From a virus, in the IMG/VR virus record IMGVR_UViG_3300044638_007036, positions 18,096-82,095 of that record: DNA of 64,000 nt. One strand, written 5' to 3'. The notes below the pieces were generated by a model that was not told where the DNA came from, ran no database searches, and saw nothing but the letters and a program-made list of their open reading frames with translations. This document shows, piece after piece, positions 57,410 through 64,000 of the stretch; position 1 is the stretch's first letter, and each line of letters starts with the position of its first letter. The position numbers and the translations under genes are program-made.

Positions 57410-57418
57410 ACAAATAAT
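57409..57418 (+). promoter_or_regulatory. Putative late-promoter motif AACAAAT
   Basis: In the 22-bp gap between terL and portal. Confidence 0.6.
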
Positions 57419-57431
57419 AATAGAGGTTTAA

Positions 57432-59456
57432 ATGGCTAAACAAACATACTTTGCAGCTAGAGAAGGAAAAGAAACGGCTTCCGTTCTATTGGAAAAAGCT
57501 TCCGATTGGAAATCTACCCTAACTACAAACGGTTATTTAGAAAAATTAAAAACATGCTGGGCTACCTATCATGGGGCTTATTTTACAGATATGGCTTCTG
57601 GTCATACTATTACATTTGCTGGGGAACAGGGAGAATTAGCTCAACTACCCGTAAATCATATTCGTAATTTAGCGCAACATATGTATGTTATGACAACGTC
57701 TAGTAGACCATCTATGGAAGCTAGAGCTGCCAATACTGATTATAAATCTAGCGCACAAGTTACTTTAGCTAATGGTTTATTAGACTATTACATGCGTGAA
57801 AAAAGATTAGAGCGTTACATTAATAAAGCCGTAGAACTAAGTATTGTTTTAGGTGCTGGATATGTGAAAGTGGAATGGGATGCTACTTCAGGTAAAGTAA
57901 TCGAAGAAGATGAAGAAACTGGAGATAAAGTATTTGAGGGGGATATAAAATTCACAAACGTATCCCCTTTTGACGTAGTTTTTGATGTGAACAGAGAAGA
58001 CAATAATCATGATTGGGTTCTAATAAGAACTTACAAAAATAAATTCGATTTAGCTGCTAAATACCCAGAATTAGAAGATGAGATTTTAGCTCTAGATACT
58101 AAGAGTGCAAAAGATAGGTATTCTCTTCAAATATTTAGAAAATCAGATTCCGATGAAGTAGAAGTATGGACGATGTATCATAAAAAAACAGATGCGATGC
58201 CAGAAGGTAGAGAGCTAGTTTTTCTATCAGATGACATTGTTATACATGATCAAGTATTACCATATAGAAGAATTCCAGTATTTAGAATGAGTCCTAATGA
58301 AATTCTAGGTACGGCTTTTGGTTATTCTAATTTATTTGACCTACTACCTTTGCAAGAAGGTATTAATCATCTTTACTCATCTATTATGTCTAACAATATA
58401 GCTTTCGCTACTCAAAACTTATTTGTGAGATCTGGTTCTAACATCGACATTACAAATTTAGGTGGTGGATTAAATATTATTCAAGGAACAGAAAAACCTG
58501 AACCATTGAATCTACTAGGAACTTCCCAAGAAACATTTAATTTTCTTCAAATGTTGGAAAGTAAAATGGAGCAATTATCGGGAGTTAATTCCGTGACAAG
58601 AGGTACTCCAGATCCTGCAGCTAATTTACGTTCTGGAAATTCTTTAGCTTTAGTGCAATCTATGGCTATTCAGTTTCAATCTGGACTTCAAAATCAATAT
58701 GTTCAACTAGTAGAGGATCTGGGAGTAGCTATTCTTGAAATTTTACAAGATTACGCAACTGCTCCAAGAGTAGCTTCTATTATTGGCATAAACAATAAAC
58801 AATACTTAGTTCAATTTAAAGGAACTGATATTGCGGATATTAATAGAGTTATTGTAGATGTAGGAAATCCTTTAGCTAGAACAACTGCAGGTCGAGTACA
58901 AATGGCAGAACAGCTAATGCAAATGAAACCAGAAGAATTTTCAATTCAACAATATGCTCAAGTTATTAATACAGGAAGAATTGACGGAATGATGGAAAGT
59001 CCAGTAGATCAAACTAACTTAATTCAAATGGAAAATGAAAGACTTATTCAAGGAATTTCAGTTCCTGCATTAGTTATCGATGATCATAAAGAACATATTT
59101 TAAGACACCGAACTATTTTAAACGATATTGATATTCGTATGGATGAAGAAAAAGCTTCCGTTATATACGCTCATATTCAAGAACATATTGAATTTGCTAG
59201 AAGTACCGATCCTGCTGTATTAATTATGACAAATCAACAACAATTGCCTCCTGCTCCAGCACCTGCTCCAACAGAAGCACCTGCTCCAGAAACAGCTAAT
59301 CAACCGCCACAAAATGCAGCAGGACAATCTCCTATAGCGCAAGTAGCAGAAGCATCTGAACAATCAATGCAACAAGAAATGCCGGGAGTACCTAAACCAG
59401 CTACTCCACCAGCACCTTTTGAAAACTTACCTACAACCACTATTCCGAATCAATAA
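57432..59456 (+). CDS. Portal protein (P22-like) with Pro-rich tail
   Basis: Follows terL; 'NHIRN..', 'GAGYVKVEWD', 'VSPFDVVFD', 'LSGVNSVTRG'; size and synteny. Confidence 0.85.
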   Translation: MAKQTYFAAREGKETASVLLEKASDWKSTLTTNGYLEKLKTCWATYHGAYFTDMASGHTITFAGEQGELAQLPVNHIRNLAQHMYVMTTSSRPSMEARAANTDYKSSAQVTLANGLLDYYMREKRLERYINKAVELSIVLGAGYVKVEWDATSGKVIEEDEETGDKVFEGDIKFTNVSPFDVVFDVNREDNNHDWVLIRTYKNKFDLAAKYPELEDEILALDTKSAKDRYSLQIFRKSDSDEVEVWTMYHKKTDAMPEGRELVFLSDDIVIHDQVLPYRRIPVFRMSPNEILGTAFGYSNLFDLLPLQEGINHLYSSIMSNNIAFATQNLFVRSGSNIDITNLGGGLNIIQGTEKPEPLNLLGTSQETFNFLQMLESKMEQLSGVNSVTRGTPDPAANLRSGNSLALVQSMAIQFQSGLQNQYVQLVEDLGVAILEILQDYATAPRVASIIGINNKQYLVQFKGTDIADINRVIVDVGNPLARTTAGRVQMAEQLMQMKPEEFSIQQYAQVINTGRIDGMMESPVDQTNLIQMENERLIQGISVPALVIDDHKEHILRHRTILNDIDIRMDEEKASVIYAHIQEHIEFARSTDPAVLIMTNQQQLPPAPAPAPTEAPAPETANQPPQNAAGQSPIAQVAEASEQSMQQEMPGVPKPATPPAPFENLPTTTIPNQ

Positions 59457-59458
59457 AT

Positions 59459-60628
59459 ATGAAAGAAGGCAGAATAAAAGAAATACTACAGGAGATACGG
59501 AGATTAAAAGATAATCCCGAAGCTATAGATAAGTTTTTAAATACTGAATTAGAAGAAAAATTTAAAAAAACATTACAGAGATCTCAAAGAGCAGATCCTT
59601 TAATGAAGCAGTTGCCCTCTAAATATAAAGCTAGAGCAACAGATGATTTTTTGCATGATATACTAGGACAAATAGCTACGGAAGAACTTGAAGGTATCGA
59701 TAAATTAAAACCTGAAGATCAATATAAAAAAATACTTGAAACTGCTTATCCTGAAATAAAAGATCTACAAAAAAGTATAAATTATAATCCAAACATCTAT
59801 GTAAAAGATCTTCCCCCTAATATAGCTGGAAGTTGGCAACCTTCTAAGGGTATTGTTTTAAGTAAAAAATTTGCGGAAGATCCCTCAAGAAAGCTAACTA
59901 TGAGAGGAACTGTTTTACATGAAGGTGGACATGGTATTGATGATACAGCAGCTAAACTAAAAGAACTTTTAGATGAAGTAGATTCTAGAGCTGAAAGACC
60001 AAAAGTTTTACAGTTTAGAGATTTAAATCAATATGATCCTAATAAGACAATTTTTCAAAATATGAAAAACTCTGAACTATATAGGTATTTTGAAAATGTT
60101 CGAGATAAATTAGATAAGTTTAAAGATAAAAATCCAGAAAAAATAGAAAGTTTAATAGATCAAGAGGCTATTAAAAAATTTGAAAGTTTACCCTACCCAG
60201 ATGATTTTGAACATTCATCCTATGCGAACAAGACCCCATTAGAATTACAAGATTTACATACTAGAGGACATTTTTTTAATAGAAATTTTGCAAAAAAAAA
60301 TGTATTAAAAAGCATTAAAGATGGAATAAAAGGTGTTAAAAGTTTAGGGGTTTCTATGCTTCCAGCAGCAGCCTTGGGAGCTATTGCAGCTTATTCTCCA
60401 GATACAATGGCTGGAACTATTGCTAGAACAGGAACTAAGGTTTTAGATGAGGGAGATCCAACTTCTTTTCTTTTTCCTTCAGAAGCTGGAGAAGGGGAAG
60501 AACAAGAATTAAAGAAAATGATTCAAGAAAAAGAAGTTGAAGAAGCTCAAAAAATAAAAAAAGAAAGCAATCTTACAGATGAACAAATGCGTAGATGGTC
60601 TAAAATAAAGGATCAATTAAAAAGGTAG
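59459..60628 (+). CDS. Post-portal HEXXH Zn metallopeptidase-like protein
   Basis: 'GTVLHEGGHGIDD'; paralog of 40390; hydrophobic segment and basic C-terminal helix. Confidence 0.7.
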   Translation: MKEGRIKEILQEIRRLKDNPEAIDKFLNTELEEKFKKTLQRSQRADPLMKQLPSKYKARATDDFLHDILGQIATEELEGIDKLKPEDQYKKILETAYPEIKDLQKSINYNPNIYVKDLPPNIAGSWQPSKGIVLSKKFAEDPSRKLTMRGTVLHEGGHGIDDTAAKLKELLDEVDSRAERPKVLQFRDLNQYDPNKTIFQNMKNSELYRYFENVRDKLDKFKDKNPEKIESLIDQEAIKKFESLPYPDDFEHSSYANKTPLELQDLHTRGHFFNRNFAKKNVLKSIKDGIKGVKSLGVSMLPAAALGAIAAYSPDTMAGTIARTGTKVLDEGDPTSFLFPSEAGEGEEQELKKMIQEKEVEEAQKIKKESNLTDEQMRRWSKIKDQLKR

Positions 60629-60630
60629 TT

Positions 60631-61428
60631 ATGAAAAAAACAAAATCATTTGAAGAAGTGCTAAAAGAACAAGTAGATAAAACTGATATTATTGACATGA
60701 ATAAACAGTTAGAATCTACAATACCAAAAACTTTGTCGGATGAGTCAACAGAAGAATTTTTAAAAAAAAGACAGTTACAGCAAGAAATGAGAAAACAATA
60801 TCTTCCTACTCCAGCAAAAGATCAGGTAGCACTGTATGAACAAATTCAGAAACAAAGTTCAAGTCCTGTAGACGTATCGCAAGAAAAAAACATTACAAAA
60901 ATAGAAGATATTATAAAACAAGCAGATCCAGCAAGTTTAGAAGACAGGGCTACAGTAGAAAAATTAGAAAGATTAAAAAGAAAACAAGGTAATTTGACAA
61001 AAAAAAATTTACCAAAACTGCCAAAAATACTTAAAAAAGGTGGTAGATTTGGGGCACTTGCTTCCGCTTTAGGACTTGGAACTTCCCTACTAGCTCCAAA
61101 AAGTAAAGCTGCAGAAATAGTTAGTAAGATTGGAGAAGCTGCTGAAAAAGTAGATCCAGCTACTTATTTACAACAAGGTATATCAGATTTCGATAAAAAA
61201 TTTCAACAAATGCAAGATGAGGCTAACCGTAAAAAATTAGAAAAACAACTCATGGAAAGAGAAGTTGGAGAAGTTGTAAAGACTACTGGAGGCGAGCCTG
61301 ATATCCGTCCATCTAAGTCTGAGAGTATGCTTGGAGAAAAAGAAAGTAAAGACATTGAAGACATGTCTAATATATTAGATTATGAGGATTATTTAAAACA
61401 AAGAAAAAGAAAATTCGGCTACGAATAA
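60631..61428 (+). CDS. Charged protein sharing a hydrophobic module with 59459
   Basis: 'LGLGTSLLAPKSKAAEI...KVDPATYL' vs 'LGAIAAYSPDTMAGTI...EGDPTSFL'. Confidence 0.65.
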   Translation: MKKTKSFEEVLKEQVDKTDIIDMNKQLESTIPKTLSDESTEEFLKKRQLQQEMRKQYLPTPAKDQVALYEQIQKQSSSPVDVSQEKNITKIEDIIKQADPASLEDRATVEKLERLKRKQGNLTKKNLPKLPKILKKGGRFGALASALGLGTSLLAPKSKAAEIVSKIGEAAEKVDPATYLQQGISDFDKKFQQMQDEANRKKLEKQLMEREVGEVVKTTGGEPDIRPSKSESMLGEKESKDIEDMSNILDYEDYLKQRKRKFGYE

Positions 61429-61442
61429 ACAAATGTACATAG
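61428..61442 (+). promoter_or_regulatory. Putative late-promoter motif AACAAATGTACATAG
   Basis: Identical to 1373 and 50370. Confidence 0.7.
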
Positions 61443-61509
61443 AAAAAGCTACCGCAATAATGTGATGCTTTAACTTATAACTACCCTGTAAGGGCGTGAA
61501 AAGGATTGT

Positions 61510-62451
61510 ATGTCAGAAAATACTTCAGTAGAAAGTACTGGTTCCGAGTCAAGTGAGTCATCTGAAATTTTAGAAGCAGATGGATCTTTGCAAGCAAATG
61601 AGTCAAATGAAAAACCTAATTCAATGACTCAAGATGAATGGGAAGAATTTAATTTAAAAGTAAACGGTAAAGAAATTAAAGAAAGAGTTAATCTAAAAGA
61701 TCGAGAGAGAATAACTCGTGCTTTACAAATGGAAAAAGCTGCTCAACAAGCTTTTCAAGAAAGATCAATTACAGCTCGTCAACTTGAGGAAATTCAAGGA
61801 GATGTTCAAGAATTTCTAGAACAATTTACTTCAAATCCTTTGTCTGTAGTAATGAGTCCAGAATTCAATCTTACAAAAGAACAAAAAAGAGAGCTTGCAG
61901 AAGCTATCCTACGTGAAGATTTAGAAAATAGTCAAAAATCTCCAGAACAACTAGCTCTAGAAGAAACTAAAAGAAGATATGAAGAACTTTTAGCGGAAAA
62001 AGAAGCCCTAGAAGAAGAGAGACGTTCTGCAGAACGGCAGAGACTTGAGCAAGAAGCTGCAATTCAATTGGAAAGCGAAATTGTACAAGCCATTGAAGTT
62101 GGTGAGTTACCGAAATCAACTTATATCTCTAAAAAACTAGCGGACTTAGCTTACATTGCTTATTCAAATGGAATTGATCTTCCAATTGCTGATCTGATTC
62201 CTTTTGTAAAACAACAATATAAAAAAGATATTGCTGAGATGTTAGGTATTTTATCTGATGATGAAGTTGAAATGCTAGTTTCAAAAGATAGAATTAGACA
62301 AATTAGAAATAAACAAATTCAAGCAGTTAAGCCTAAAGAGAATGCTCCTAAGTCCCCTTTAAAAACTCAAGATACTGGAGTTTCTAGTAAAAAAGAAGCA
62401 GAACCTCAAAAGATTAAAGCCAAAGATTTCTTTAATTCTCTAAGGGGTTAA
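61510..62451 (+). CDS. Capsid scaffolding protein
   Basis: Acidic N-terminus, 'LKVNGKEIKERV', long coiled coil, position before the capsid gene. Confidence 0.75.
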   Translation: MSENTSVESTGSESSESSEILEADGSLQANESNEKPNSMTQDEWEEFNLKVNGKEIKERVNLKDRERITRALQMEKAAQQAFQERSITARQLEEIQGDVQEFLEQFTSNPLSVVMSPEFNLTKEQKRELAEAILREDLENSQKSPEQLALEETKRRYEELLAEKEALEEERRSAERQRLEQEAAIQLESEIVQAIEVGELPKSTYISKKLADLAYIAYSNGIDLPIADLIPFVKQQYKKDIAEMLGILSDDEVEMLVSKDRIRQIRNKQIQAVKPKENAPKSPLKTQDTGVSSKKEAEPQKIKAKDFFNSLRG

Positions 62452-62459
62452 CAAATATA
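62450..62459 (+). promoter_or_regulatory. Putative late-promoter motif AACAAATATA
   Basis: Upstream of the capsid operon. Confidence 0.65.
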
Positions 62460-62582
62460 TTTGGGTAAATACAAGGAGATAGACTTCTAAGCAAGCATAG
62501 TGCCCTTAGAATATCGATGCTTTAATTTGTGTTATTCAAAAAGTAAAACAAAAAAACATTAATAATTAAAAAAGGAAAAACT

Positions 62583-62903
62583 ATGTCGTCTATCTCAAAA
62601 GACTCAAAAGTACAAGATCTGCAAATTGAGCAGAAACAGTTGTGCTTGAGAGCAGATTTAGTAGCTCAAACTTCGGAATCAGCATCTATCGTTTCTATGT
62701 CAGGTGTACTAGCAACTAGAACAGTGTCAATCGATGTTAAAGAGCCTGTAAAATCGTGTCAAAAAGTTCAAGTAGTAAATCGTGCATCTGGTTCAAATGC
62801 CGGTATTTCAGCAGCCCCTTCAGTTTCTGGAAGTGTTATTTCAGTAACTCTTGACGCTACTGGATTATCAGACGTTTGTATTGTTGTAGATTATAGAAAT
62901 TAA
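62583..62903 (+). CDS. Small beta-rich virion protein (possible capsid decoration)
   Basis: RBS AAGGA; S/V-rich; immediately before the MCP. Confidence 0.55.
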   Translation: MSSISKDSKVQDLQIEQKQLCLRADLVAQTSESASIVSMSGVLATRTVSIDVKEPVKSCQKVQVVNRASGSNAGISAAPSVSGSVISVTLDATGLSDVCIVVDYRN

Positions 62904-62926
62904 TTAAAAGTAAAAGGAAATAAATT

Positions 62927-64000
62927 ATGAGTGGAACAGCTAACACACTAGACAACCTAAATGGTTTGTACAAAAAAGTTTACGATGGTAAACTAGAAAA
63001 CTTAATCCCAGATGGAGTTAAACTTCTTAACGCTATCAAATTCGTACGTAAAGAAAAGCGTCCGGGTGCTGACTATAATCAATCAGTTATCCTTGGTATG
63101 GAGCATGGCGTAAGCTTTGCTGAACCAGATGAAGGTGCTTTTGCTCTTAATCCACCTATCTCAGGTACAATTAAGCAAGCTTCAATTCGTGGTTATCAAA
63201 TGGTTCTTCGCTCTGCGATGGCATTTGACACTATGTTCGCTGCAGATTCTGCAGGTGAAAGAGCTTTTGAAGAAGCTACAAAGTATATCTTCCAAGCTAT
63301 GATGGATTCTATGTCTAAAAAACTTGAAATTCGTCTTTTCTACGGACAGTCAGGACTAGCTGAAGTTGGTGCTGCTTCTGGTAACACTCTTCCAATTTCT
63401 GCTGGACATTGGGCTCCGGGAATTTGGGGTGGTGCAGAAAATATGAGAATTGAACTTTATGATTCTGCCGATAATCTTCTTGGCGATTGTAAAGTAACTG
63501 CAGTTGATTTTGACAACAAAACAATTACAGTAGATGCTTTACCTGCTGGAACTCCTAAAACTATATTTGAATATGGTTCTAAAGGTAAAGAAATGGCGGG
63601 TCTTCACAAAATCATTACAAATACTGGATCTCTATTTGGTATTTCTGCTTCTCAATACTCTTTATGGAAAGGTAACACTCATTCTGCATCAAGTACGCAA
63701 TTAACTTTCAAGAAACTAGCAGTAGGTCTTGCTAAACCAGTTGCTAAAGGTCTTCAGTCAGACGTTACAGTCTATGTTAACCCATCTTCTTGGGCTGATT
63801 TAATGACTGAACAAGCTGGCTCTCGTCGTTTTGACGTTTCTTATAAGTCTGCATCAGCTCAGAATGGCTCTGAAGCTCTTGAGTTCTTCTCTCAGAATGG
63901 TAAAATGACTATCGTATCTTCTATCTTCGTAAAAGAAGGTAATGCTTACGCTATCAATCATGATCAATTCCTAAGAGAAGAACTCAAGAGCTTCAGAGCC
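62927..64000 (+). CDS. Major capsid protein, 3'-truncated (absent from the ORF track)
   Basis: Manual translation MSGTANTLDNLNGLYKKVYDGKLENLIPDGVKLL...; RBS AAGGA; appears open to the window end; position after the scaffold. Confidence 0.85.
   Translation, partial: MSGTANTLDNLNGLYKKVYDGKLENLIPDGVKLLNAIKFVRKEKRPGADYNQSVILGMEHGVSFAEPDEGAFALNPPISGTIKQASIRGYQMVLRSAMAFDTMFAADSAGERAFEEATKYIFQAMMDSMSKKLEIRLFYGQSGLAEVGAASGNTLPISAGHWAPGIWGGAENMRIELYDSADNLLGDCKVTAVDFDNKTITVDALPAGTPKTIFEYGSKGKEMAGLHKIITNTGSLFGISASQYSLWKGNTHSASSTQLTFKKLAVGLAKPVAKGLQSDVTVYVNPSSWADLMTEQAGSRRFDVSYKSASAQNGSEALEFFSQNGKMTIVSSIFVKEGNAYAINHDQFLREELKSFRA

Noticed and set aside
63117-63524. ORFs 63117 (+) and 63315 (-)
   Set aside because: Off-frame or antisense to the major capsid gene starting at 62927, which the track missed because it has no stop in the window
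1-64000. Specific host assignment and alternative genetic code
   Set aside because: Lipoprotein, spanin-like and PhaR-like genes only suggest a Gram-negative host; TAA, TAG and TGA all end well-supported genes, so there is no sign of recoding

Overview
AT-rich, gene-dense dsDNA tailed-phage genome segment with podovirus-like architecture. No integrase, repressor cassette, tRNA or CRISPR array was seen. The + strand carries the late module, split across the window ends: 55292-64000 (terminase, portal, two post-portal proteins, scaffold, major capsid protein running off the edge) and 1-13769 (tail proteins, adaptor, nozzle, putative ejection proteins, holin-like gene). The - strand carries two blocks. 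38059-13731 holds early and replication genes (GP88-like, DUF932, rIIA/rIIB, Cas4-like nuclease, ERF, primase-helicase, family A DNA polymerase, exonuclease, dNMP kinase, secreted proteases). 54927-41355 holds M15 endolysin, HU-like, AAA ATPase, class II RNR, SLT, ClpX-like, glycosyltransferases and a phosphoesterase. A 1.2 kb non-coding stretch (38060-39300) has four ~100-bp-spaced sigma70-type promoters, each preceded by a GGCA-N5-TGCC-type palindrome, and probably lies near the genome end. Main highlights: (1) four late-expressed proteins (a kinase, two paralogous HEXXH metallopeptidases, one unknown) sharing C-terminal elements, a candidate virion-delivered polymorphic effector system; two of them lie between 12-14 bp direct repeats; (2) a 10-copy intergenic AACAAAT late-promoter motif with no visible cognate factor; (3) a two-copy bipartite hairpin element; (4) strong CCWGG avoidance; (5) host-mimic or degenerate domains (IF2-N-like, PhaR-N-like, standalone Hint, IGF-less ClpX, signal-peptide ClpP). 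All functional calls come from motif recognition by eye, not database searches.
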